Origin: Halomicronema hongdechloris C2206 | GTDB taxonomy: Bacteria > Cyanobacteriota > Cyanobacteriia > Phormidesmidales > Phormidesmidaceae | DNA length: 32,000 nucleotides | Direction of reading: 5' to 3' | Assembly (NCBI RefSeq): GCF_002075285.3 | Contig: NZ_CP021983.2 | Location: 540,001 to 572,000, forward strand | Shown here: positions 9,449 through 18,716 of the stretch, one piece after another | How positions within the stretch are numbered: the first letter of the stretch is position 1 | Layout: each line of letters begins with the position of its first letter | Made by a program: the position numbers and the translations under genes | Notes under the pieces: generated by a model | What the model saw: only the letters and a program-made list of their open reading frames with translations | Databases searched by the model: none | What the model was told of the DNA's origin: nothing

Positions 9449-9583
9449 AGCTTTACCATATCCAGGTCTAAACCCGGATCAGGTTTATTTTCAGGCAACT
9501 AGTATAACAGTTGATGCCGTCCCCGGCGGAGGTGGCTTAATCGGGGAAGTGGGTCCATCTGGCAGCTGCCCTCGAGTATAAGC

Positions 9584-9619
9584 CCCTGCAGAAGGGCGCG
9601 GTGTCCGACTTCTGCAGGG
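9584..9619 (-). terminator. Perfect 11-bp stem hairpin downstream of the aldolase gene (possible terminator or mRNA-stabilising element)
   Basis: ccctgcagaag (9584-9594) pairs with cttctgcaggg (9609-9619), with a 14-nt loop. It lies 42 nt after the fda stop on the minus strand. No U-tract follows on that strand. Confidence 0.3.
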
Positions 9620-9660
9620 TGAGGTATCAGGGCTGAACTAGAGCAGTCGGCCTGGTTGAC

Positions 9661-10701
9661 CTATACTAAAGCAGGCTGCTTCTCCATATCGGGGTTGTAT
9701 TGACCCTGGCTGGCGGCACCATTGCAGCGGGCCCGGTGGAGTAGAAGCTTCTGAGCTGCGGCCACCTTGCTGTCATCGCCACGCCAGTGATTCAGAGCCG
9801 GTTGCTGAATGGCCCGGGCGTAGGAGAAAGTCAGACGCCAAGGACACTTGTCGCCGTACTTCTGGTTCATCATATTCAGGTGCTCTGAGGCCCGCGCTTC
9901 ACTTTGTCCGCCAGATAGAAAGGCGACGCCGGGCACCATGGCGGGTACATTTTTGAGCAGACAAGCAACGGTGGCATCGGCGACTTGCTCTACCGTTGAC
10001 TGAGTGGGGCAATCGAGGCCAGAGATGACCATGCTGGGCTTCAGGATCATCTGGTCGAAGGCAACGCCCTGGCGATAGAGTTGCTCGAAGACGGTGTGCA
10101 GGGTCTCGTCGGTGACCTCATAGCAGCGCTCTAGGGTATGGTCGCCGTTGATCAACACTTCGGGTTCTACGATGGGCACGAGTCCGCCTTCTTGGCAGAG
10201 AGCAGCGTAGCGAGCCAGGCCGTGAGCGTTGGCTTCGATGCAGGCACGACTGGGTAGGCCATCTTTAATGGTGATGACGGACCGCCATTTGGCGAAGCGA
10301 GCACCCATCTGATAGTACTCGGCGATGCGATCGCGCAGGCCATCTAAGCCTTCGGTGACCTTTTCACCCTCGTGGCCTGCCAGATCCTTAGCCCCGGTAT
10401 CGACTTTGATGCCGATAATAATGCCACCATCTTTCATCACCTGGGTCAGGGGCACACCGCTATCCGTAGATTGGCGAATGGTCTCATCGTAGAGAATGGC
10501 CCCACTGATGGCCTCACTGAGATTCGATGTGGTCAGAATCAGCTGCCGATAGGCCCGTCGCCGATCTTCTGTGGTGGGGATTCCCAGTTTATCGAAGCGC
10601 TTATTACAGGTGCCATTACTCTCGTCCATGGCAAGGATGCCCTTACCAGGAGCCATCATGGCTTGAGCTGTCTGGCGCAGTTCCGAGGCATAGGAACTCA
10701 T
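9661..10701 (-). CDS. fda: Fructose-bisphosphate aldolase, class I
   Basis: 346-aa ORF with APGKGILAMDESNGTCNKRF and the IILKPSMV-type Schiff-base lysine region (MILKPSMV). Typical class I FBA. Confidence 0.9.
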   Translation of the reverse strand: MSSYASELRQTAQAMMAPGKGILAMDESNGTCNKRFDKLGIPTTEDRRRAYRQLILTTSNLSEAISGAILYDETIRQSTDSGVPLTQVMKDGGIIIGIKVDTGAKDLAGHEGEKVTEGLDGLRDRIAEYYQMGARFAKWRSVITIKDGLPSRACIEANAHGLARYAALCQEGGLVPIVEPEVLINGDHTLERCYEVTDETLHTVFEQLYRQGVAFDQMILKPSMVISGLDCPTQSTVEQVADATVACLLKNVPAMVPGVAFLSGGQSEARASEHLNMMNQKYGDKCPWRLTFSYARAIQQPALNHWRGDDSKVAAAQKLLLHRARCNGAASQGQYNPDMEKQPALV

Positions 10702-10944
10702 AGTACCTCCTGTTCAATTAGCAACAAAGACTATGGCAGGGGTGTTGCGAGCAAATCGCAGGAAAAATGTTTGACCTGGGGCCAAAACTACCCAGTAGTC
10801 TATTCACGATCCAACCTATCAAACAGCCCCCGGCCTGGCCAGAGTAAAGTCGCCGATGGAGGGTTTTCGGCACCTAAATCATCCTTAGGGAATAGAAAGG
10901 GTTAGATCCCTAGGCTGATTTTAAGTAGATGATAGATTGGGGAG

Positions 10945-11190
10945 ATGGCACCCACTGTGAAAGGATATTTAGCCGCCTTAGTCGATAGGCGCTTCCGGGC
11001 CACTGCCCTGCGGGTGGCTGGAGTCGTGGGTTCTCTGCTGTTTGTGATTAACCACGGGGCCGCCTTGGTCCGGGGTAACATGACGCCAACGCGCTGGTTC
11101 TCGGCCATGCTGACTTATTTGGTGCCCTATGGGGTCAATGTGCATGGGCAGTACACCCATCGAGTATCGAGATCACCCGATTCGGAGTGA
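10945..11190 (+). CDS. Small two-TM membrane protein, NrtS-like (nitrate/nitrite transporter NrtS family)
   Basis: 81-aa ORF. ALRVAGVVGSLLFVINHGAALVRGNMT...W..MLTYLVPYGVNVHGQY fits my recollection of the NrtS family consensus. Needs an HMM check. Confidence 0.5.
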   Translation: MAPTVKGYLAALVDRRFRATALRVAGVVGSLLFVINHGAALVRGNMTPTRWFSAMLTYLVPYGVNVHGQYTHRVSRSPDSE

Positions 11191-11261
11191 CAAGATTCAG
11201 AGTGACAAGGCTGCCTGCTGGTGTGGTAACCCCGTGGTTCCCCTCTTCACGGCTAAAGAAG

Positions 11262-11993
11262 CTATTCGCTGCCGTTTTGTTGTTCCTGGGGTGGCGATTG
11301 TTGGGAGGTCCGCCACGGTTGGTCTAAGGGGTGATGGGTCTTGGTCGAGACAGAGGCAGCCTGGGCCAGGAGCTCACACACGGTGCGATCGCGCGTCTGA
11401 TCAAAATTTTCATACCAGAGGCTAATGGAGTTAAGGGCCTCGGGCATGAGTGGGCAGATGACCTCGTCTACCTCTTGTTTGAGGCTGGCGACTGTAGCCG
11501 GCGGTGCCACTGGCACCGCGACGATAATGGCGGTTGGGTGCTGGGCCTTGATCACAGCAATGGCGGCCCGCAGAGTAGACCCAGTAGCTACTCCATCATC
11601 AATCAAAATGACGGTCTGATTGGTCAGCTGCAGCGGCGGACGTCCCTGGCGATAGGTAAGATTGCGTCTCTCTAATTCCACCTGTTCCTTAGCGGCCACC
11701 TGGTCGATGGCCTCGGGAAAGATGCCCAGGCGCTCTACCACCTGTTGATTAATGACGCGCACGCCATTGCTGGCAATGGCTCCCATGGCCAGTTCTGGCT
11801 GTCCGGGGGCGCCTAATTTACGGACCAAGCAGATATCTAAGGGGAGGTGTAGTGACTGGGCCACTTCAAAGGCCACAGGGACTCCCCCTCTGGGCAAACC
11901 TAGGACAATCGTGTCTGACCGTTCGCTGTACTCCTGCAAACGAGCCGCTAGCCGTTGCCCCGCGTCCGTGCGATCGCAAAAGCGTCGTGCCAC
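11262..11993 (-). CDS. Phosphoribosyltransferase-family protein
   Basis: 243-aa ORF. N-terminal FxDRxDAGxxLA, LGLPRGGVPVA and the PRPP-binding loop VILIDDGVATGSTLRAA. Confidence 0.8.
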   Translation of the reverse strand: MARRFCDRTDAGQRLAARLQEYSERSDTIVLGLPRGGVPVAFEVAQSLHLPLDICLVRKLGAPGQPELAMGAIASNGVRVINQQVVERLGIFPEAIDQVAAKEQVELERRNLTYRQGRPPLQLTNQTVILIDDGVATGSTLRAAIAVIKAQHPTAIIVAVPVAPPATVASLKQEVDEVICPLMPEALNSISLWYENFDQTRDRTVCELLAQAASVSTKTHHPLDQPWRTSQQSPPQEQQNGSE

Positions 11994-12127
11994 CGGTTGC
12001 CTCCACCTGATTACGCCCTCAGCTTATCGCCCTTGGCAGAGAACGACACGGCTCCGCAACACTCTGTGAGTTGGGGAAAGGGGATAGGGCGTAGGGTGTT
12101 TTGCACTCAGCGGCTCCGCTCGTAGTG

Positions 12128-12163
12128 AGCGAAGTCGAACTGCAGGAGCAGCGAAGTCGAACT
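12128..12163. repeat. 14-bp direct repeat (agcgaagtcgaact x2, 22-bp period)
   Basis: Exact copies at 12128-12141 and 12150-12163 in the intergenic region upstream of the phosphoribosyltransferase gene. Confidence 0.6.
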
Positions 12164-12340
12164 ACGTTGGATCCCGCGGCAGGGCATATTGGTTAGTGGT
12201 GGTGGATCGCGTCGCATCGGTGAAGAGGCGATAGGGCTCTTCTATCTGACGAGTAAACCAAAGCAGAGACAGACTTGGGTAGGAAAGGATGTTTTGACCG
12301 TTGATCTGTTGAGGATTGAATTCAATCATTACCGGAAGAA

Positions 12341-12473
12341 CTCAACACTCAACACTCAACCCTAAGACCTTAAAACTCTCCTCCGTCCTCCGCCCTCCGC
12401 TCTCCGTCCTCCCTTTTCCTTTTCCCCATCACTCATTCACTCCCCACCTCCCCACTTCCGCCTTCTGCTCGCC
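12341..12473. repeat. Polypyrimidine (plus strand) / polypurine G-rich (minus strand) low-complexity tract with internal repeats
   Basis: ctcaaca heptamer about 3x (12341-12360). ctccgtcctc 10-mer at 12381-12390 and 12402-12411. Almost purine-free through about 12473. Confidence 0.75.
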
Positions 12474-12806
12474 TCAAAAGCTAGTACCGAACCCAAAGGA
12501 GGGATCGCCCATGGTTTCGTAGACTCGGACGCTGGGATTAGAGCCAGAGCCATCACTATCGTCTAGAAACCCATCGAGCCCAAGGTCTGAGAAGCTGAGA
12601 GTGTTCTCGTCTTCTGCATCGATGACTGCGTTGTTAATCTGCTCGGATACCTGATTGAACCGATTAGGATCGTAGGTATTTTCAGGGGTGCGGGGTTCTA
12701 GGGGACCTAATTTATCGGCATCATCGCTAACGGATTCAGCCAAGGCTGGTGACACACTGCACAAGACGAGACTCAGGGCGCTAGCGAGAACCAGAGGAGT
12801 CTGCAT
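12474..12806 (-). CDS. Hypothetical small secreted acidic protein (signal peptide)
   Basis: From ATG 12806: MQTPLVLASALSLVLCSVSPALA|ESVSDDADK..., a Sec-type signal with an ALA cleavage motif. The mature part is Asp/Glu-rich and ends GDPSFGFGTSF. No family recognised. The longer track ORF begins at 12845. Confidence 0.5.
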   Translation of the reverse strand: MQTPLVLASALSLVLCSVSPALAESVSDDADKLGPLEPRTPENTYDPNRFNQVSEQINNAVIDAEDENTLSFSDLGLDGFLDDSDGSGSNPSVRVYETMGDPSFGFGTSF

Positions 12807-13301
12807 GATAGGCACCTCGACGGCAGAGGACAAGCGAGACAACACGGACGTTATCCAGTCCAGCTTGGGATAGGCATGATCTGCCTGACTGGCCTGGGAC
12901 AGGGGAGAATCCTAGGGGCACTTGATGTCTCGGCCTTAGGCGCTAAGGAGATCCCAGGCCTACGCGATTCACTCGATGGTGAGGCAGGCAGGGCAGTGGG
13001 TTGGCGCTAACCGAGATCGGTCGCCTGAGCTGTGCCCAGTCCAGTTTGAGCTTGGCAGCTCCTCCTTGATGTAGACTCATGGTCAAGTAGACTCGCGGTC
13101 TAAATGTCAAGCAGGGGAGTATAGAGGGCTCAGGGCAATGACCCCTAGAACGGGCATCGATTAAGTCGGCTGCAAGTGTCTATCTAAGGTATACTGCAGC
13201 GTCTCGGTAAGTGGCTGCTCCCTTATCAAGGATTCATAAACTTTTTAGTGAGCATGCGATCGCAACCACGACCGAGCTCTGCCCATAGATATTCCTAGCA
13301 G

Positions 13302-14474
13302 CTAAGGCTGGGCACGAGAAAATAGGCGGAAATACAGGGCTTGACTGGCTTCTTTCAGGGGAAACACCAGGTAAGTCAGTGGATTAATGGTGATGATGAT
13401 ATTGCGGACATTGCGTTTCACTAAAGCCACCACTGCCCACGCTACCCAGTGAGCATCCATGACACCAATGGGGTTGAGCTGGCTCTTGAAGGGGCCCAGA
13501 ATAATCTTGCGCACCACACAGGGAGCATCAAGCCGCCGCAGGGTGACCAGCTGGCCCATCAATCGCTTGGAGATCTCGTAGAGAGGGCTGAAGGCCGGGC
13601 TGACTTCGGCTTCTGAGGTGTTTACCCAGAGTTCCTTGTTGGCTCGCTCAGCCGAGGTGTCGACCGTGCTGAAGAAGACTTCCATCAATCGCCACCCGGA
13701 GAGGGCATTGGCCGTTAAGGATTGCTCGACGGCGGCGGCATCGCGGGCCTCATGGACATTGAGGCCATGGTTGATGACGAGAATGTCTATTGATTTGAGG
13801 GCACTGCGTAGGTCAGCTTCAGCCCCCGGTTGCCAGGTGAGCACGTCAATGCCGGAGTCAAAGGAAGCCCGTTCTGAGCGCGTCAGGGCAATGGGACGGG
13901 CCTGGTGTTTGGCCAGTTCTGCCAGTAGGGCGCGACCCAGGGTGCCGGATGCTCCGGTCACGGCTACTCGTTTCCCTTTCAGGGAAACGGCTGTTCCCAG
14001 AAGTTTATCTACCACAGTGAAGTAGCCGGCATAGTAGGCAGTTGTATTGTCGAAGTGATGCCGCCAGTGATAGGTGCGGTTGACCAGCCAATTGCTGGGG
14101 CGCTGGGTCAGGGGGCCGGGTTCGTGGGTCAGATCGGTGGCCAACAGCCAGCCCTGAGAGCGGGCTAGAGCCGCCCCGAGAAAGCCCAGGCCATAGAGGA
14201 ATCCCAACCAGAAACCATAGTAGGGGGTCAGGGTTGCGATCGCAGCCATCACCGCCATCATCACCAGGGCTTCAGGCACATCATTATAGAGCTGGGCCTG
14301 GCGGTAAAGGGTTGAACTCACCGGCGTAAAGTCTTTCTTGTAGGCCCGATGATGCCAGGTGTGCAGCTGCATCAACGGTGGCCAATAATGGCTGGCGACG
14401 TGGTAGACGTCTCGCACAATTTCGACAACGACGATAGATACCAGACCCAATACAGCCTGCGTGATCAGCTCCAT
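13302..14474 (-). CDS. Bifunctional fatty-acid hydroxylase/sterol desaturase-like membrane domain fused to an SDR (NAD(P)-binding) domain
   Basis: His boxes HVASHYW, HTWHHRAY and HWRHHFD sit in the hydrophobic N-terminal half. The Rossmann motif VAVTGASGTLGRAL is in the C-terminal half. Confidence 0.8.
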   Translation of the reverse strand: MELITQAVLGLVSIVVVEIVRDVYHVASHYWPPLMQLHTWHHRAYKKDFTPVSSTLYRQAQLYNDVPEALVMMAVMAAIATLTPYYGFWLGFLYGLGFLGAALARSQGWLLATDLTHEPGPLTQRPSNWLVNRTYHWRHHFDNTTAYYAGYFTVVDKLLGTAVSLKGKRVAVTGASGTLGRALLAELAKHQARPIALTRSERASFDSGIDVLTWQPGAEADLRSALKSIDILVINHGLNVHEARDAAAVEQSLTANALSGWRLMEVFFSTVDTSAERANKELWVNTSEAEVSPAFSPLYEISKRLMGQLVTLRRLDAPCVVRKIILGPFKSQLNPIGVMDAHWVAWAVVALVKRNVRNIIITINPLTYLVFPLKEASQALYFRLFSRAQP

Positions 14475-14764
14475 AGTATGGTGAAGGCCCTGTTTACCGA
14501 GTAGACTGTTCCCCTGCCATTATTCCGGTAAACGCCTTGGAACTCAATGCGATTCCCCCCTAAATCCCCATAAGAATGGGCAATATGCCACAGACCCTGG
14601 ATCACCCAATCGCAACTCCATGGGCCGGTCGCCTATTGCCCCAAAATGGCAGCTGGCTACCATAGACCAACTGCTAGAACCAGTCAATTTATATTGTGTC
14701 CTGCTTGTGGACGAACATCAACAGTCCCGTGGGAAGATGTGGAGATACGGATTATAGAGTGCCT

Positions 14765-16630
14765 ATGGCTTCTTCCCTTGATGTTGCCCTGGAGACCGTT
14801 CGTCGTCGCGATCGCGTGTTCTTGCAGCAACAGGTACGCTACGACGGCGTGCAGGTGTTGCCCCAGATCTGGCCCCTGGCGGCCCAGCGCTTTGGCGATA
14901 CGGTGGCCATGCGGGATCCCCACGGTCAGCCCCCCGCCACCCTCACCTATCGGCAGCTGTGCGATCGCATCCTCACCTTTGCCAGTGGCCTGCAAGCCCT
15001 AGGGGTCAGCCAGGGAACCCATGTGGCCCTCTTTGCCGACAACAGCCATCGCTGGTTTATTGCCGACCAAGGCATCATGACTGCCGGCGGCGTCAATGCC
15101 GTGCGCAGCGCCATGGCCGACACCGAGGAACTCCTCTACATTGCCGAGCACAGTGATAGCACTGTCTTAGTAGTGCAAGACTTAGCCCTATGGCAGCGGC
15201 TGCGGCCCCACTTAGACCCACTCCCCATCCGCCAGGGAATCTTGCTTTCCGATCAACCGCCGCCCCAGGAAGAGTCCCTGAAGCTACTTTCCTTCCAGCA
15301 ATTGTTGGCCCTGGGCAACGACCACAGCTTGCAGGCGGTGACGACCCAGCCCGCGGATTTGGCCACCCTAATTTACACCTCAGGGACCACTGGCAAACCC
15401 AAGGGCGTCATGCTCACCCATGGCAACCTGCTGCACCAGATCAACCATTTTGGTGCCGCCGTGCAGCCCCAGGTAGGGGATGGGGTCTTGGGCATCTTGC
15501 CCTCCTGGCATAGCTTTGAGCGCACCGTGGAGTATTACCTATATTCCCAAGGCTGCAGTCAGACCTACACCACGATTCGCCATGTCAAGACCGACCTACG
15601 CCAGGCGCAGCCGCAATATATGGTGGGGGTGCCCCGACTCTGGGAGTCGATTTACGAGGGCGCCCAGAAGCAATTTCGCGAACAACCCCCCGGTAAGCAA
15701 CGACTGATCAACACGTTTTTCGGCCTCAGCCACCGCTACGTCAACCAGCACTGGCGCTATCAAGATCTACAGCTAGACGAACCGCATCTCTCCCCGGGGC
15801 AGCGGCTATGGGCAGGGGTAATGGCGGCGGTCCTATGGCCCTTGCACCAATTGGGTAAGCGACTAGTTTACGGCAAAGTGCGGGCGGCCACCGGCGGTCG
15901 AGTCAAGCAGCTGATCAGCGGTGGTGGCTCCCTGGCCCGTCATATCGATGTGTTCTTCGAGATTGTCGATGTGCCCTTACTGGTGGGCTACGGCCTCACC
16001 GAAACCTCACCAGTGCTGTCGGTTCGTCGTCCCTGGCGTAATCTGCGAGGGGCCTCGGGCCAGCCTATCCCCCAGACGGAATTGAGAGTGGTTGATCCCG
16101 ACAGTCGCCAGGATTTGCCCCAGGGACAAAAAGGCTTAGTGCTAGCTCGTGGTCCTCAAATCATGGCCGGATACTACAAAAATCCGGAGGCAACAGCCAA
16201 GGTCCTCGATCCCGAGGGCTGGTTTGACACCGGCGATTTGGGCTGGTTGACCCACGACTACAACCTGGTGCTGACGGGGCGAGCCAAAGATACCATCGTC
16301 CTCACCAATGGCGAAAACATCGAGCCTCAACCGATTGAAGATGCCTGTGTCCGCAGCCCTTACATTGACCAGATCATGCTGGTGGGTCAAGATCAGCGCT
16401 CCTTAGGGGCATTAATTGTCCCCAATTTGGAGGCCCTAGACCAGTGGGCCGCCAGTCAAGGCCGCTATCTGCAGGTTGCCGGCAAGGACGATGAGGTGCC
16501 CCCCGAGATGCCCCCGATTTCCTTAGAGGACGAAGCGGTGCAGGCTCTCTTTCGCCGTGAGTTGACCCGTCAGGTGAAGGACCGGCCTGGCTATCGCCCT
16601 GATGATCGAATTGGGCCCCCTTCCAGCTGA
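14765..16630 (+). CDS. aas: AMP-dependent long-chain acyl-ACP/CoA synthetase (Aas-like); the reading frame breaks before the conserved C-terminus
   Basis: AMP-binding motif IYTSGTTGKPKGVMLTHGNL and GYGLTETSP, TGDLG. ATG 14765 (MASSLDVALE...) is preferred over the upstream GTG 14696. The ORF stops at 16630 just after a G3C5 run; the conserved tail continues in another frame (next feature). Confidence 0.8.
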   Translation: MASSLDVALETVRRRDRVFLQQQVRYDGVQVLPQIWPLAAQRFGDTVAMRDPHGQPPATLTYRQLCDRILTFASGLQALGVSQGTHVALFADNSHRWFIADQGIMTAGGVNAVRSAMADTEELLYIAEHSDSTVLVVQDLALWQRLRPHLDPLPIRQGILLSDQPPPQEESLKLLSFQQLLALGNDHSLQAVTTQPADLATLIYTSGTTGKPKGVMLTHGNLLHQINHFGAAVQPQVGDGVLGILPSWHSFERTVEYYLYSQGCSQTYTTIRHVKTDLRQAQPQYMVGVPRLWESIYEGAQKQFREQPPGKQRLINTFFGLSHRYVNQHWRYQDLQLDEPHLSPGQRLWAGVMAAVLWPLHQLGKRLVYGKVRAATGGRVKQLISGGGSLARHIDVFFEIVDVPLLVGYGLTETSPVLSVRRPWRNLRGASGQPIPQTELRVVDPDSRQDLPQGQKGLVLARGPQIMAGYYKNPEATAKVLDPEGWFDTGDLGWLTHDYNLVLTGRAKDTIVLTNGENIEPQPIEDACVRSPYIDQIMLVGQDQRSLGALIVPNLEALDQWAASQGRYLQVAGKDDEVPPEMPPISLEDEAVQALFRRELTRQVKDRPGYRPDDRIGPPSS

Positions 16631-16740
16631 TAGGGGAGCCATTTTCCATCGAGAATGGCCTGTTAACCCAGACGCTCAAGCTGAGACGGGCCGTGGTGAT
16701 GGAGCGGTATCGCGGTATGATCGACGCGATGTTTGCTTAG
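16621..16740 (+). other. Frame-displaced conserved C-terminal segment of the Aas-like synthetase
   Basis: The -1/+2 frame from 16621 reads FQLIGEPFSIENGLLTQTLKLRRAVVMERYRGMIDAMFA*. This is the typical adenylate-forming enzyme tail, including the A10 lysine (TQTLKLRR). Confidence 0.7.
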
Positions 16741-16832
16741 CCTGTGTTGCATCGTGGGCATTGAGCAACCATCGCCGCTGGCGTGTAGCTGTGCGGTGTG
16801 TGTAAAGACATGTCCCTTGACCTAGCCAGACT

Positions 16833-17270
16833 ATGGACGTTTCTCAATCTCAACTGCTTCTGAAGCGGGTAATAACCATCAAAGCTGTCGTCACCCCACT
16901 CTGGAAGGAAGAGGCGCAAAAGCAACTGCAAAACCAGATCAACCAACTCGATAGTCGCTTGCAACAACTGGAGATGCAAGGACAGCGTATGGTGTCGGAA
17001 CTGCAGAAGCAGTCTTCTGATACGGCTACGCAGCAAGTGTCAGACGTGCAAACCAAACTCAACCAAGATAAAAGCAAACTGCTACAGCAAAAAAATCAAG
17101 TATTGCAGCAGCTCCAGACAGTACAGACTCTAGAGCTCAACCAAGAGGTCGATCAAGGGAAGGTGGAAAGTTTCTTCAATGTCAATGTCGGGGATAACTT
17201 AATTCGTAAGTTGCAGGTGGAAATCTTGCTGCGGGATGGCGTGATCGAGGAAATTCGCGGCGAGCTCTAG
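16833..17270 (+). CDS. YlqD-family coiled-coil protein
   Basis: 145-aa ORF. LLLKRVITIKAVVTPLWKEEAQKQLQNQINQLD...VEILLRDGVIEEIRGEL matches my recollection of cyanobacterial YlqD-family proteins. Confidence 0.55.
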   Translation: MDVSQSQLLLKRVITIKAVVTPLWKEEAQKQLQNQINQLDSRLQQLEMQGQRMVSELQKQSSDTATQQVSDVQTKLNQDKSKLLQQKNQVLQQLQTVQTLELNQEVDQGKVESFFNVNVGDNLIRKLQVEILLRDGVIEEIRGEL

Positions 17271-17401
17271 GCCTCCATTAGGAGCGGCCCCAATTCTTAC
17301 GGATTTGACTGACCTGCCACCATTCCCGAGGCGCCCAGGGGATACAATGATCCCTTGGCGCCTTTGCTATCTGTGTCGATTGCTGTCTCGGAAGCCACCT
17401 C

Positions 17402-18712
17402 ATGATTCGAGAAATTTTCATGCCCGCCCTCAGTTCCACCATGACCGAAGGCAAGATTGTCGCTTGGGAAAAGTCCCCTGGGGATTGGGTGGACAAAGGT
17501 GAAACCGTCGTCATCGTCGAGTCCGATAAGGCAGACATGGATGTGGAAGCCTTCTATGAGGGCTACCTAGCTACTGTGATAGCAGAGGCGGGGGATACGG
17601 TGCCGGTGGGTAATGCGATCGCACTGTTAGCCGAAACCGAGGCCGAGATCGACACCGCCAAGCAGCAGGCCAGCGCCCAAGCCAGCGCCGGTGCCAGTGA
17701 CAGTGCCACTACGGCGACGGCCCCCGCTAAGACAGCTCCTGCTCCGGAACCGATCCCGTCAGAACCGGCGGACAACAATGGAGCCACTGGCACCAGCACT
17801 ACAGGGACAGCCAGTGGCCGCCTGATCGTCTCCCCCCGGGCCCGCAAGTTGGCCAAAGATCTGAAAGTGGATCTCAGCACCATCCAGGGCAGCGGGCCCC
17901 ATGGCCGCATCGTGGCCCAAGATGTAGAGCGGGCCGCTGGCAAAGTCCCCACTTCCCCCGGGCCAGACACCATCCCCACCCCGGCAGCTGCCCCCGCCCC
18001 AGCCGCCCCGGCAGCCCCGACGCCAGCGCCGGCAGTGGCTGGTCAGGTGGTGCCGATGAATACCCTGCAGCAAGCCGTCGTCCGGGGCATGGTGGCCAGT
18101 CTATCGGCGCCCACCTTCCATGTGGGCTACACCATCACCACCGACGCCATGGATGCCCTCTATAAACAGATCAAGGGCAAGGGGGTGACGATGACTGCCC
18201 TGTTGGCCAAGGCAGTGGCCGTGACCCTGCAAAAGCACCCGCTACTCAACGCCTGCTACGCCGACCAGGCCATTCAATATTTCGGTCAGATCCATGTGGC
18301 GGTGGCGGTGGCCATGGACGATGGCGGCTTGATTACACCGGTGTTGCAGCGAGCCGACCAGCTCGATATCTATTCCCTGTCGCGCGCTTGGAAGGATCTG
18401 GTAGCCCGAGCCCGCAGCAAGCAGCTGCAGCCAGAAGAGTACAACTCTGGCACCTTCACCCTGTCTAACTTGGGTATGTTTGGGGTAGATCGCTTCGATG
18501 CGATTTTGCCGCCAGGCCAGGGGGCAATTTTGGCCATTGGGGCTTCCCAGCCCACGGTAGTGGCCAACGACGACGGCATGTTGGGGGTGAAGCGGCAGAT
18601 GCAAGTCAATATCACCTGTGACCACCGGGTGATCTATGGCGCCCACGCCGCCGCCTTCTTGCAGGATTTGGCCCAGCTGATCGAAACCAATCCCCAGTCA
18701 TTGACCCTCTAG
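17402..18712 (+). CDS. pdhC: Dihydrolipoamide acetyltransferase (pyruvate dehydrogenase E2)
   Basis: Lipoyl domain MPALSSTMTEGKIV...VESDKADMDVE, Ala/Pro linkers, E3-binding SPRARKLA, catalytic DHRVIYGA. Confidence 0.92.
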   Translation: MIREIFMPALSSTMTEGKIVAWEKSPGDWVDKGETVVIVESDKADMDVEAFYEGYLATVIAEAGDTVPVGNAIALLAETEAEIDTAKQQASAQASAGASDSATTATAPAKTAPAPEPIPSEPADNNGATGTSTTGTASGRLIVSPRARKLAKDLKVDLSTIQGSGPHGRIVAQDVERAAGKVPTSPGPDTIPTPAAAPAPAAPAAPTPAPAVAGQVVPMNTLQQAVVRGMVASLSAPTFHVGYTITTDAMDALYKQIKGKGVTMTALLAKAVAVTLQKHPLLNACYADQAIQYFGQIHVAVAVAMDDGGLITPVLQRADQLDIYSLSRAWKDLVARARSKQLQPEEYNSGTFTLSNLGMFGVDRFDAILPPGQGAILAIGASQPTVVANDDGMLGVKRQMQVNITCDHRVIYGAHAAAFLQDLAQLIETNPQSLTL

Positions 18713-18716
18713 GGAA

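Noticed and set aside
9467-9492. Hairpin taaacc-cggatca-ggttta followed by ttttc on the plus strand
   Set aside because: There is no plus-strand gene upstream to terminate. It sits in the promoter region of the minus-strand tRNA, the stem is short, and a chance occurrence is plausible.
10372-10905. 177-aa plus-strand ORF
   Set aside because: It is almost entirely antisense to the class I aldolase gene, so it is a shadow ORF.
12316-12522. 68-aa ORF through the polypyrimidine tract
   Set aside because: The translation is low-complexity Pro/Ser/Leu, produced by the CT-rich repeat. It also overlaps the end of the minus-strand secreted-protein ORF.
14646-15002. ORFs 14646..15002 (+), 14684..14995 (-) and the extended start at 14696 for the synthetase
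   Set aside because: These are out-of-frame or antisense overlaps with the Aas-like gene. The ATG at 14765 gives a conventional N-terminus.
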